Virus record (IMG/VR): IMGVR_UViG_3300020442_000004
DNA length: 32,650 bases
Strand: one strand, 5' to 3'
From: a virus
This document shows, in pieces, positions 9,547-18,834 of the stretch (positions are counted from its first letter, which is position 1; each line of letters begins with the position of its first letter). Under the pieces are notes generated by a model. That model was not told where the DNA came from, searched no databases, and saw only the letters and a program-made list of their open reading frames with translations. The position numbers and the translations under genes are program-made.

Positions 9547-12500
9547 AGATAATCCCTTTCCAGAAAATACTACTACTGACACTATTGGAGATGGTGCCAA
9601 TATTAGAAGGGATCTAATTGAAGAAGAAAAAACAGAATTAACTGATGAATATACTCAAGTAGCAATGCTTGGGCCAATAAAGAACTTAGCTAAAAAAGGT
9701 ACACAAGTTCTTTCCGATGTTGGCAAAAAGGTAGACGATTATCTACTATCAGATCCAGAACCAAAAAAAAATAAAGCCGGAGAAATCATAGAACCGGCAA
9801 AGCCAAATGTAAACAAGCCAAAAGTATTTAAAGAAAAAAAACCAGATGAGGGCGATCCTCCTTTGGAAGGCGATCCTTTAGGAAAAGTAGATGATGAAGG
9901 TAATGTTTTTGTTCGGCCTGCTAAAGCAGAAGAACTACAATTACTTTCAGAATTTGCATTTAAAAATCCAGATGACATCAAAGATGCAGACATCAAACTA
10001 CTTAATATGGGTAAGTTTGAAACAGGGTATAAAGAAAGTGGTAACTTAGATACTGCTTTAAAAACTATGATGGTAGAGGTTTATAAGCTCTACAAAGATG
10101 AAAAACTAGATGGCAAAAAAATTAGAATAGAGCCAAGAAAACTAACAAAAGTTATTGAAAACGAGGATGGCACTAAAACTTTTGTTAAAGAAGGTGGCGT
10201 AACATTTAAGGAAATGTTGAACGATGCACAGAAAATCGGATCAACAAAAGCCTTTATAAATTTACTACAAAGAAAACCGGGAGATAGACCTCTTAGTTAT
10301 GCAGAAAGCATTGCAGCAAGAAAAGTCTTAATGAGTTTTCAGTTAATGGCTCATAAACTTTTAAGAGATTATAAGAAAGACGGCAATGTTGTAACGCTTG
10401 CTAAACTACAACAAGCTATAGGCTTGATGGGTTATGCTAGTATTAGTCTAGCCGGTAATGAGGCCGACTTAGCAAGAGCCTTAGTAAGTCAAAGATTAAT
10501 AGTTGGTCAATCAAAAGCCGGTAAAAATCATATGAGAGATCTAATGAATGATCATCTTGTTGGTGTTGACGGCGATGGCAATCCAATAAAAACAATGATA
10601 CCACAGGATGGCACATTTATTATTAATGAAAAAAATGCAGTACAATTTTTAGAGCAAAATGGTGGTATTACAAATGCAAAGATACTAGCAGAGAAATTTA
10701 GTAGATTACCACAAGACGGATCACAAACTGCATTTACTAAAGGTTGGTTGATGCACGCCGGATCTGTAACTTCCAGAGCTCTAGTAGAACTTTATCAAAC
10801 AACTTTATTATCTTCTATATCAACTCACGCTTTTAATACTGCCGGTCAGTTAGGCTTTATGACCTTAATGCCGTTAGAAAGAATGATGGCCGGAAGGTTT
10901 GGCGAGGCTTTTGCTATGTATAGAGCAGTACCTCAATACTTTACACAAGCCGTAAAGGGTATGGCTTTTGCCCTTAAAAATGAAAAATCTATGGTAGACA
11001 ATGTTTCTAAATTAGATGTTGATCAGAGATCTATATCTGGATCTGCTTTTGGTTTGCACAAGAAAGGGTTTGGGGATCTAGGTAATAGTACAGAAACTGC
11101 TATGAGTTATGTGATTGATTACTTTGGTGTAACAATGCGAATGGCCGGCTATCGTCCTATGTTAGCTATAGATGAATTTTTTAAAGGTATGGCTAGAGGT
11201 ATGGAAATGGAGGCTATTGCCTTTAGAAAAAAAAGTGAGACCTTTAATGATCTTATGAACCAATATGATGCAGACCCAACTAAATATAAAAAGTCAGATG
11301 GCAAAGTAGCTACAGATTATTTTGATGCACTTGCAGACGCTAAACAACAAGCACTAACAAAATATTATACTACAAGAGGCGATAGAGAAACTTTTGAAGA
11401 GGCAAGTCAGTTTGCCAGAATGATAACTTTCCAAGATGATCTGCCGGAGAGTTTTTCTGCATTTGGTAAATTTTTAAACTTTCCGGTTATGAAAATATGG
11501 ATCCCATTTTATAAAACTCCAACACAGATTGTTAGAAGAATACTTGAAAGAAGTAGTATCTTAGCACCTTTTATGGTTAAGGAAGTAAGAGATAATCTTA
11601 GAAAAGGTGGTATTCACAGAAGGCAAGCTATCGCTACGGCATTAGGGCCATCTAGTATATTTGCCCTTGGAATGTATCACGCTGCCGGTGGTATGACCGG
11701 GGATGAAGAAAATAAACCAGATTATTATATTACAGGCTATGGCCCAAGTGATCCAAAACTAAGGCAAACTTGGTTAGAAAGTAATGTTCCTTATTCTATA
11801 GCAATAAAAAATGATGATGGTGGTTACACATTTGTATCATACGCTAGATATGATCCAATGTCTGGGGTATTGGCAATGATGGCCGATACTAAAGATGTTA
11901 TATATAACTCTGAAAATGAGGATGATATAATTGCATTGATCTTAGCCGGTGGAATGTCATCTTTTAAATATGTAGGTACGGCTCTTCCTATGACACAATT
12001 CATTGGAGAGTTAACAAGCGTGCTTGGTGGTAACTATGAAAGCACTCAACAAAAAATTGATAGAGTTATCAAGCTAGTTGGTGGTCAAGTTATAGAGGCC
12101 GGAACTATGGTAAGCGAACATATACAAGCCATAGGAGTTTACAATCCATACACAGGAAAAGCGACACCTCAGTTAGCCGGTAACTTTGAAAGAATGTATG
12201 AACCGGGGCAATCAAATACTACTCCACAAGATATGTATCCAGAAGGCAATATCTTTAAACAAGAAATGACTAGGAATTATTACAAAGCACTAAATCAAAT
12301 ATGTGCAAAAACTCCTAGCTGCTCTCCTACTTTGCCATCAAGAAAAAATAGATGGTATGAAGAAATGCCGAAAACTCCAACAAGAGGATGGGTAAATACT
12401 ATGCCTTTTAGAGTTGTCAAGCATCCGGCAAAGAAACTTATAAATGAAGAACTAGAAAAACTAGGCTATGGTTTGCCGTATATGTCTATGAACCCAGAGC

Positions 12501-12949
12501 CTATGATTAAGTTAAATAATGAACAACAAGATAGATATATAGAATTATATAACTATCCAGATAGATCTCCCAGAGCCAAAGAGGTTTTTGGATCTGATAT
12601 AATCCCGGGAGTAAATGAAATTCCTATGCCATTGTTAGACGCTATGCATCTAATGATTAAGTCAGATGAATACAATTATGAATTTTTAAGATCAACAGGA
12701 ACAAGAATACCGGCAAGTAAAAAGCATAAAGCAGATATGCTAGATGAATTACACTATGATTATAAGAAATATGCATTCAAATTATTACAATATGAATACC
12801 CAGATATAACTGCTCTTAAACAACAAAGAGATGTATTCATAGAAAACAATATTAAGAAACCTAGAGTTTTAAACTCTCCTACAGGATCAGAAACTCTAAA
12901 AGCTAACCAAGATAACCTTAGAGAGTTGTTTCCAGAAAGAAGGTTTTAA
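9533..12949 (+). CDS. Large internal virion / DNA-ejection protein candidate (1138 aa).
   Basis: Largest ORF. It overlaps the previous gene by 14 nt and lies just upstream of the fiber genes, as T7 gp16 does. No transglycosylase motif seen. Confidence 0.5.
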   Translation: MAINRDNPFPENTTTDTIGDGANIRRDLIEEEKTELTDEYTQVAMLGPIKNLAKKGTQVLSDVGKKVDDYLLSDPEPKKNKAGEIIEPAKPNVNKPKVFKEKKPDEGDPPLEGDPLGKVDDEGNVFVRPAKAEELQLLSEFAFKNPDDIKDADIKLLNMGKFETGYKESGNLDTALKTMMVEVYKLYKDEKLDGKKIRIEPRKLTKVIENEDGTKTFVKEGGVTFKEMLNDAQKIGSTKAFINLLQRKPGDRPLSYAESIAARKVLMSFQLMAHKLLRDYKKDGNVVTLAKLQQAIGLMGYASISLAGNEADLARALVSQRLIVGQSKAGKNHMRDLMNDHLVGVDGDGNPIKTMIPQDGTFIINEKNAVQFLEQNGGITNAKILAEKFSRLPQDGSQTAFTKGWLMHAGSVTSRALVELYQTTLLSSISTHAFNTAGQLGFMTLMPLERMMAGRFGEAFAMYRAVPQYFTQAVKGMAFALKNEKSMVDNVSKLDVDQRSISGSAFGLHKKGFGDLGNSTETAMSYVIDYFGVTMRMAGYRPMLAIDEFFKGMARGMEMEAIAFRKKSETFNDLMNQYDADPTKYKKSDGKVATDYFDALADAKQQALTKYYTTRGDRETFEEASQFARMITFQDDLPESFSAFGKFLNFPVMKIWIPFYKTPTQIVRRILERSSILAPFMVKEVRDNLRKGGIHRRQAIATALGPSSIFALGMYHAAGGMTGDEENKPDYYITGYGPSDPKLRQTWLESNVPYSIAIKNDDGGYTFVSYARYDPMSGVLAMMADTKDVIYNSENEDDIIALILAGGMSSFKYVGTALPMTQFIGELTSVLGGNYESTQQKIDRVIKLVGGQVIEAGTMVSEHIQAIGVYNPYTGKATPQLAGNFERMYEPGQSNTTPQDMYPEGNIFKQEMTRNYYKALNQICAKTPSCSPTLPSRKNRWYEEMPKTPTRGWVNTMPFRVVKHPAKKLINEELEKLGYGLPYMSMNPEPMIKLNNEQQDRYIELYNYPDRSPRAKEVFGSDIIPGVNEIPMPLLDAMHLMIKSDEYNYEFLRSTGTRIPASKKHKADMLDELHYDYKKYAFKLLQYEYPDITALKQQRDVFIENNIKKPRVLNSPTGSETLKANQDNLRELFPERRF

Positions 12950-13009
12950 TAATAAATAAGTGGAATATTAATCAAAATATGGTATATAATTAGAACAAAG
13001 AGGTAACAT

Positions 13010-13960
13010 ATGGCTACATTTAGTGTTAATGACCAAGTACGAAGAGTAACTGCACAGGGTAATGGAAATCTAGTAGATTTTAATTTTTCCTTCCAAGTTA
13101 ATAATACCTCTGACCTTAAAGTCTTTCTAGGCTCTACACAAAAACAAGAGACAAACGATTACTCTGTAGTTACTTCTACCGGATCTGCCGGTCTTAACGC
13201 CGATGGAACAGGAACAATTAGATTTGTTTCTGCACCTACTTCTTCAGACACAGTTGTTATATTATCAGATGTACCCGTTGCCAGATCTAGTGTTTATTCT
13301 TCTGGAGGTAATGTAACTGCACAAGCCTTAGAAGGAGACTTTGACACAATAACAATGCAAATAGGAGATCTAGAGGAAAAAAACAACAGATCTATAAAAG
13401 CTCCGGTTGATGAACCGGCAACAAGTGATTTCACAATACCAAGTAAAGCTGCAAGATTAGGTAAGTTATTATCATTTAATAATACAACGGGTAACCCAGA
13501 AGTATCAGATCCGGCAGTTTCATCTGCATCTATTGGATCAGTTACAACATTAGGAGCCGGAGTTAGTGCTACTGCAAGTGCTACTTATACGGCAAGTACA
13601 GGAGATATATCTTTTGATTTTGGTATACCTCAAGGATCACAAGGATCTGCCGGGGCAGATGGTGTTTTTTCTGCAATAGCATCACAATCAGAGGCACAAG
13701 CCGGCACAGATAATACCAAAGGTATGACACCACTAAGAGTATCAGAGGCAATAAGTACACAAGTATCTGCCTCAAGTGGATCTAGATTTTTTGGTATATA
13801 CAAAGATAGTGCAACAGGAACTCTCAAGGTAGATCAGACAACATCTGGTGGTAGTGAGGCTTTAGTATTGTCGGAGTATGATGATAACTACATTTTTGCA
13901 AGTGGTAGTGTAACATTTGCAATAGATACCAACGGACATTTGCAAGTAACATTACCATAA
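13010..13960 (+). CDS. Tail fiber protein with a T7 gp17-like N-terminal tail-attachment domain.
   Basis: The N-terminus (V..QGNGNLVDFNFSFQV...DLKVFL ... VVILSDVPVARSSVY..GG.VTAQALEGDFD.ITMQIGDLEE) parallels the T7 tail fiber N-domain. The C-terminal ASQSEAQAGTDNTKGMTPLRV motif is common in fibers. Confidence 0.7.
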   Translation: MATFSVNDQVRRVTAQGNGNLVDFNFSFQVNNTSDLKVFLGSTQKQETNDYSVVTSTGSAGLNADGTGTIRFVSAPTSSDTVVILSDVPVARSSVYSSGGNVTAQALEGDFDTITMQIGDLEEKNNRSIKAPVDEPATSDFTIPSKAARLGKLLSFNNTTGNPEVSDPAVSSASIGSVTTLGAGVSATASATYTASTGDISFDFGIPQGSQGSAGADGVFSAIASQSEAQAGTDNTKGMTPLRVSEAISTQVSASSGSRFFGIYKDSATGTLKVDQTTSGGSEALVLSEYDDNYIFASGSVTFAIDTNGHLQVTLP

Positions 13961-13971
13961 AGGAGGTATAG

Positions 13972-15990
13972 GTGGCCACAATTGACATAGGAAAATTAAA
14001 GTTTACATTTAAAGGAGCGTTTGCTACCGGAACGACATACGAAAGAGACGATGTAGTTTCTTTTGGTGGTAGTTCTTGGATATATGTAAACTCAACAAGT
14101 AAGACCGGCTCTGCTGCCGGCAACCCTTCATCATCAAACTCAACACATTGGCTAGTAATGGCAGAAGGATCAACAGTTCTTACTACTGCCGGAGATATTC
14201 TTACACACGATGGATCAAGTCAAGTAAGATTACCTAAAGGCAATGCCGGAGAAGTGTTATCTGCATCATCTTCTGGTTTAACCTTTGCTGCTCAAAGTGG
14301 ATATGAAGGTTATAAGATCCTAGGATCTAACATACCACACATTGCAGATATGGATAGTTCTAGTACATATGCTAGCGATGGTAAGTATCCTTGGTTAGCT
14401 AATTATACAAGTGGATCTGAATATATTCCTTATGACGGAATGCCTAATGGAGCCTGTGGCCCTGTGAAACGAGACAGGACGCTACCGACAACATCTGCTC
14501 CATTCTTTATGTACATCAATACAAACTATGAAATTGTTCACACCGGATACTCTCCGGGAGAAAGTGGATTTGGTGGTTCATATAGTGGAGCCGGATACAA
14601 CAATCATAGTCGTAGAGTTGTTATGTCCATCAATACTGAATTTGGTGGTATGGCAGCAGATGAGCATCCTGTAAGAATTTGGTATCAGTATAACACGGCA
14701 TTGTTTCTTACAAACAAAGGTAACATCTTTGTGAATGGTCAGAACAATGAAGGTGCATTAGGAATTAACTCTACTGTAGACAGACATCAATGGGTAAAAA
14801 ATCCTTATGTTGGTGTGGGTGCTACTTGGAATAGTTTACAATCTCGTATCATTGGTGTGGCTATGCCTAATGGAGGTGGTTATCAAAGTATGGGTGGAGG
14901 TCAGAGATGGTATCTGATTGATGAAAATAACAGATTGTTTGTTATGGGAGCCGGATTGAGTGGAGCTCTTGGTCAAGGATCCACATCCAATGTTACCAAA
15001 CCTCAACTAATATCTACTGTAGGATCTGTTCTTTCTATCTCTGCCGGTTATAGATCTTGTCATTTGATTGATACTAATGGTGCAGTACATAGCACAGGAA
15101 ATGATGATGGTGGTAACCAAGGTGGAGCAAATAAAACAACATTCTCTATAATTACCGGTGTATCTAATGTAGTACAAATTTTAAATCAAACTACCTATTA
15201 CTATAATGGTAATGTCAATGGGCCTGTGTATGCATTGCAACAAGATGGAGATTTATATGGCATAGGCTATAACGGAAACGGACAATTGGGAGATGGCACA
15301 ACAGGTAACAAATCTGCTTGGACAGACATTGGTGGGTCTCTAACATTCAGTTCTATAATGGTAACAGGATATGGGGCAACCTCATCTGTTCACGCCTTTG
15401 GTGGAACTCCCGGTAACCCGAACAATACTATTTATAATGCCGGATACAATGGTTTCGGAACATTAGGCAGAGGCAATACAACGGGTCAGACTTCTTGGGA
15501 TCAACCCGTCACAGATGTATTTGATACCAACAAATATAATACTATTAATAGTTCTACTGACGGATCTATATCTACAACAGAATTACAATTTCCAAGAACT
15601 GCAATAGCTAAGATGTATCCTAAGATGACATCTGGTTATCAAGCTCCGGCAGTTTATCTGATAGATACTAATGGTAGGCATTGGTACTTTGGATATGAGG
15701 CAAGGGGTATATTAAACAATCATACTGCAGCTACTTATACAAGTGCAGTTCCTTATCCTTCTCCTTGGTCACATCAAAATGCTAGTGGCACGGGTCAATA
15801 TGTAGGATTAACTGACACAACTGTTGAGGATATGTTCTGTTTTGGTCATCACTATTCTGGATATTATGTATCTATAATTAGAGATAGTGCCGGTAGTTTA
15901 TGGGCAATCGGATACGATAACAACTATGGTATCTTTAGTAACAATCACGCTAACGGATCTGCCCAATGGGTAAAGCTAACACCGGGTTAA
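13972..15990 (+). CDS. Distal tail fiber / receptor-binding protein with RCC1-like beta-propeller repeats.
   Basis: GTG start after AAGGAGG. Repeated G-x-N-x-x-G-x-L-G motifs: NGQNNEGALGIN, MGAGLSGALGQGST, IGYNGNGQLGDGTT, AGYNGFGTLGRGNT, each followed by a W/P-containing strand. Confidence 0.7.
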   Translation: MATIDIGKLKFTFKGAFATGTTYERDDVVSFGGSSWIYVNSTSKTGSAAGNPSSSNSTHWLVMAEGSTVLTTAGDILTHDGSSQVRLPKGNAGEVLSASSSGLTFAAQSGYEGYKILGSNIPHIADMDSSSTYASDGKYPWLANYTSGSEYIPYDGMPNGACGPVKRDRTLPTTSAPFFMYINTNYEIVHTGYSPGESGFGGSYSGAGYNNHSRRVVMSINTEFGGMAADEHPVRIWYQYNTALFLTNKGNIFVNGQNNEGALGINSTVDRHQWVKNPYVGVGATWNSLQSRIIGVAMPNGGGYQSMGGGQRWYLIDENNRLFVMGAGLSGALGQGSTSNVTKPQLISTVGSVLSISAGYRSCHLIDTNGAVHSTGNDDGGNQGGANKTTFSIITGVSNVVQILNQTTYYYNGNVNGPVYALQQDGDLYGIGYNGNGQLGDGTTGNKSAWTDIGGSLTFSSIMVTGYGATSSVHAFGGTPGNPNNTIYNAGYNGFGTLGRGNTTGQTSWDQPVTDVFDTNKYNTINSSTDGSISTTELQFPRTAIAKMYPKMTSGYQAPAVYLIDTNGRHWYFGYEARGILNNHTAATYTSAVPYPSPWSHQNASGTGQYVGLTDTTVEDMFCFGHHYSGYYVSIIRDSAGSLWAIGYDNNYGIFSNNHANGSAQWVKLTPG

Positions 15991-16003
15991 GGAGGAAAGG
16001 TAT

Positions 16004-16390
16004 ATGGCAAGAACATTATATAAAGCAAATTTAAATCCAGATATAATTAATCATCCTGTAGAAACTAAAGGGATCATTAAGTGGTATGTTGATTATGTTG
16101 TGATGGAACCAGATGACAGGACAAACTATTTGTCTCTTAATAAAGATCTAAGTTACACGCTAACAAAGGCTACCTCTAAACAGAAAACTGAATTGTTAGC
16201 TAGAGTAGATATCCTTGAAATAATCAATGGGCAAAAGACTAAAGATATTAGAGATAAGTATTCTATTGATGAAGAATTAAAAATGAATAGAACGCCAGAT
16301 AGTGATACATCAAAAGCTATGGCTAGTGATATTGCAGCTATGGTCAAAGCGATTGATGATTGGTGGGATGCAGAGTTTAACATTAGCTAG
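16004..16390 (+). CDS. Hypothetical protein (128 aa).
   Basis: AGGAGG RBS and a clean ORF. No motif recognised. Confidence 0.6.
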   Translation: MARTLYKANLNPDIINHPVETKGIIKWYVDYVVMEPDDRTNYLSLNKDLSYTLTKATSKQKTELLARVDILEIINGQKTKDIRDKYSIDEELKMNRTPDSDTSKAMASDIAAMVKAIDDWWDAEFNIS

Positions 16391-16398
16391 GAGTATTG

Positions 16399-16566
16399 AT
16401 GCCACATTTATATGATCTTAATCCACATCTCGCACCAAAGAATTGGAAAGGCAAAACTGCCAAAGTTGTTGCACAACCAAAGTCTGAGGAGGAGCAAGGG
16501 GAAAGCTCCAAGCCTCAGACTAAAAGAGGTAGACCAAGGAAAGTAGAGGTTACGGAAAATGCCTAA
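16399..16566 (+). CDS. Small basic protein (55 aa) with an AT-hook-like KRGRPRK motif.
   Basis: TAGGAG RBS, ATG at 16399, below the track cutoff. Translation is MPHLYDLNPHLAPKNWKGKTAKVVAQPKSEEEQGESSKPQTKRGRPRKVEVTENA. The RGRP core is at 16525-16536. Confidence 0.45.
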   Translation: MPHLYDLNPHLAPKNWKGKTAKVVAQPKSEEEQGESSKPQTKRGRPRKVEVTENA

Positions 16567-16735
16567 ACCAACAGTAACATCAGTTCAACAAAAGATTGAC
16601 AATCACGAGGAGATTTGTGCGATCCGGTGGACAGAGATATTAGGCAGAGTAAAAAGGTTGGAACTAATTATATTAGGAACTGCCGGAACTATTATAGTAA
16701 TGTTAGCAAATGTTCTCCTCAAGTCGGTGGGATGA
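16559..16735 (+). CDS. Small membrane protein (58 aa, C-terminal TM helix).
   Basis: ATG overlaps the previous stop. Translation is MPKPTVTSVQQKIDNHEEICAIRWTEILGRVKRLELIILGTAGTIIVMLANVLLKSVG. Confidence 0.45.
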   Translation: MPKPTVTSVQQKIDNHEEICAIRWTEILGRVKRLELIILGTAGTIIVMLANVLLKSVG

Positions 16736-16748
16736 TCCGGAGTTATGA

Positions 16749-17207
16749 TTGTTAGAATATATAGCCATTGCCAACGCTGCGTACAAGACGATCCGATCTG
16801 CGATACAGAACGGGAGGGAACTACATTCGGTAGGAAAACATATAGCTGCTTTTACAAATGCAACGGATGAAGTAAGAAAAGGAAAGGATAAGAAAAAGAA
16901 TAGTATATGGAGTAAGTTCACGGGAAAAGATGAGAGTGACCTAGAAGAGTTTATGGCTCTAGAAGATCTCAAGAAGAAAGAAGAAGAACTGAAACAACTT
17001 ATGATTTATTTGGGAAGACCGGGATTACATAGTGATTGGGTTAAGTTCCAAGTGGAGGCAAGAAAAAGAAGGCAACAAGATGAGAAAGAAAGAGAACTAA
17101 AAAAGAAAGAACTTATGGAAACATTAATGATGTTAGGTTGGATAATAGGAGGAGCAGTAGTAGGTGGTACTGCTTTAGTTATAGGTATAAAAGTTTATAT
17201 AGGTTAG
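16749..17207 (+). CDS. Tail-anchored membrane protein (152 aa) at the head of the lysis cassette. Function unknown (holin partner or spanin-like role not established).
   Basis: A TTG start is forced because a stop lies directly upstream in frame. GGAG lies 6 nt upstream. It has a charged coiled-coil middle and a single C-terminal TM (MMLGWIIGGAVVGGTALVIGIKVYIG). Confidence 0.55.
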   Translation: MLEYIAIANAAYKTIRSAIQNGRELHSVGKHIAAFTNATDEVRKGKDKKKNSIWSKFTGKDESDLEEFMALEDLKKKEEELKQLMIYLGRPGLHSDWVKFQVEARKRRQQDEKERELKKKELMETLMMLGWIIGGAVVGGTALVIGIKVYIG

Positions 17208-17209
17208 TT

Positions 17210-17617
17210 ATGGTATTAGGTTTAGCAGATAGTATTATTGGAATAAGTGGTAAGATCCTTGACAAGTTCGTGGAGGATAAAGATCTTAAAACCAAGATCA
17301 ACGCCGAACTAAAAAAAGAAATGATCGCTCTCAATATGGGGCAGATCCAAACTAACTTAGAACAAGCCAAGCACCCTAGCATATTTGTATCCGGAGCTCG
17401 TCCATCTATAATGTGGATCTGTGCCTTTGGGTTAGCGTGGTCTTATGTACTTGCACCATTTTTAAATTGGATACTTATAGTTTCTGGATCCGACATACCT
17501 ATGCCGGAACTAAACACCGAAGGACTTTTAACTTTAACCCTTTCGCTTTTGGGTCTCGGAGGAATGAGATCGTGGGAGAAGAGCAAAGGAATAGCTAGAG
17601 AGAATATGAAAAAATGA
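17210..17617 (+). CDS. Holin, GTA-type 3-TM family.
   Basis: ATG at 17210 lies just after the previous stop, so the track start at 17138 would overlap. The pattern Q...N..EA.H.S.F.SG.RP..MW.C..GL.W resembles the 'holin of 3 TMs for gene-transfer release' family. It is close to the endolysin. Confidence 0.6.
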   Translation: MVLGLADSIIGISGKILDKFVEDKDLKTKINAELKKEMIALNMGQIQTNLEQAKHPSIFVSGARPSIMWICAFGLAWSYVLAPFLNWILIVSGSDIPMPELNTEGLLTLTLSLLGLGGMRSWEKSKGIARENMKK

Positions 17618-17802
17618 GTAGATACAAACCGGTTCCAAAAGTTCCCGGCACTAAAGTTCCAAAGAAATATGTGTCCGGATCTAAGAACAAGAGGGCCAGG
17701 ATGAGGGAAATTATGGCAACACAAAAAGCATATAAAGAAGGTAAGTTAACAAAGGAACAAATGGATAAGATATCTAAAGCAAGATCCCGGGATAAGGCAT
17801 AG
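17614..17802 (+). CDS. Small lysine/arginine-rich protein (62 aa).
   Basis: ATGA overlap with the holin stop. Very basic composition. Confidence 0.5.
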   Translation: MSRYKPVPKVPGTKVPKKYVSGSKNKRARMREIMATQKAYKEGKLTKEQMDKISKARSRDKA

Positions 17803-17805
17803 CGT

Positions 17806-18012
17806 ATGGCAGCACCAGAGAAATATCAAAAGATGTTTGGGGCAGACCGAGCTAACAAGATCTACAAGAGAGGGTTAGGGGCATACTATTCCTCGGGCAG
17901 TAAGGCCGGAATGTCTGCACATCAATGGGCAGTAGCTAGACTTAAAGCACACGCTAAAGGAAAGGCAACTGTTAAAAAAGCAGACGGGGATTTATTTAAA
18001 AAGAAAGGATAA
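17806..18012 (+). CDS. Small conserved-looking basic protein (68 aa).
   Basis: The motif RGLGAYYSSGSKAGMSAHQWAVARL resembles a small family seen in phages and large DNA viruses. I cannot verify the family name. Confidence 0.5.
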   Translation: MAAPEKYQKMFGADRANKIYKRGLGAYYSSGSKAGMSAHQWAVARLKAHAKGKATVKKADGDLFKKKG

Positions 18013-18016
18013 CAAT

Positions 18017-18391
18017 ATGGCAGAAGAAAAACAACCAAGCACCTCTACCAATAAAGGAACTAAACTTCCTAAGAATACTACGGCAGAAGAACTTGCTACT
18101 CAGATTGCAAGAGACATATCTAAAGCCGGAACAGGCAAAGGCTTGGAGAAGGAACTTGTTGGTAAGATCGTAGGTAAATCTATTAACAAAGTAATAGTTA
18201 AAAAGAATAGAGTTGGTAAAACTGCAAGAGGTGTAGTCAGATATAAACCAGACAAAGGAACTACTGCTGCATCTGATCGTCCTCTTATGGCACAGGCTTT
18301 TGCAGATACTGATCTTACTCCCGGCGAAACAAACTTATCTGGGAAGAAGGTAGAGAAGACTAAGTCTGCTACCGAAAAACGAAGTGCCTAG
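18017..18391 (+). CDS. Basic hypothetical protein (124 aa).
   Basis: Clean ORF between the small basic genes and the endolysin. K-rich. Confidence 0.5.
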   Translation: MAEEKQPSTSTNKGTKLPKNTTAEELATQIARDISKAGTGKGLEKELVGKIVGKSINKVIVKKNRVGKTARGVVRYKPDKGTTAASDRPLMAQAFADTDLTPGETNLSGKKVEKTKSATEKRSA

Positions 18392-18815
18392 AGATATAGA
18401 TAAAATAATTATCCATTGCTCTGCTACACCGGAAGGCCGGGATGTTAAAACATCCGAGATCAGAAGGTGGCATACAGAGGAAAGGAAGTGGCGAGATATT
18501 GGTTATCATTTTGTAGTGGAACTTGATGGCTCAATACACAAGGGCAGATCTGTCGGAACAAGTGGAGCTCATTGTGTTGGAGAGAACCACAACATAGGTA
18601 TCTGTTATGTCGGTGGAGTTGATAAAGATATGAACCCGAAGGATACCAGAACTCCGCAGCAGAAAGAAAGTTTGATTGATTTGATACAAGATATTATGGA
18701 GGAGTATCCAGATATTAAAGTGTATGGTCATAGAGATTTCGCAGATAAACCTTGCCCATCCTACGATGCGAAAGAAGAGTACCGGGAAATCTCTAATCCC
18801 ATAGTTCATTTGTAA
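18384..18815 (+). CDS. N-acetylmuramoyl-L-alanine amidase endolysin (Amidase_2 / T7 lysozyme-like).
   Basis: IIIHCSATPEG...W......W.DIGYHFVV..DG....GR......GAHC.G.N...IGICYVGG...TP.Q...L......Y....V.GHRD....KPCPSYD matches the zinc amidase / PGRP signature. Confidence 0.9.
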   Translation: MPRDIDKIIIHCSATPEGRDVKTSEIRRWHTEERKWRDIGYHFVVELDGSIHKGRSVGTSGAHCVGENHNIGICYVGGVDKDMNPKDTRTPQQKESLIDLIQDIMEEYPDIKVYGHRDFADKPCPSYDAKEEYREISNPIVHL

Positions 18816-18834
18816 CCCAGAGCCTTATGGTTTT
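18816..18834. repeat. 19-bp exact direct repeat, copy A (cccagagccttatggtttt).
   Basis: Identical 19-mer at 20663..20681. This copy fills the convergent gap between the amidase stop and the stop of the LexA-like gene. Confidence 0.9.

Noticed and set aside
12950-13009. Promoter call upstream of the fiber gene (TGgTATATAAT at about 12980-12990).
   Set aside because: It has a good extended -10-like sequence, but no acceptable -35 and no supporting terminator upstream. That is too weak to list as a feature.
13010-15990. Diversity-generating retroelement (template/variable repeat pair) targeting the fiber genes.
   Set aside because: No reverse transcriptase gene exists anywhere in the window, and I saw no near-identical repeat of about 100 bp with adenine-specific differences.
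16745-16876. Cys-rich 43-aa ORF (MIVRIYSHCQRCVQDDPICDTEREGTTFGRKTYSCFYKCNG) starting at ATG 16745.
   Set aside because: It overlaps the 152-aa TTG-initiated ORF, which continues into a clear coiled-coil plus TM protein. The two cannot be distinguished without data, and the longer ORF is the more parsimonious call.
17138-17209. The upstream start of the holin ORF at 17138.
   Set aside because: It would overlap the preceding gene by 70 nt. ATG 17210 follows that gene's stop directly, and the family-like sequence starts there.
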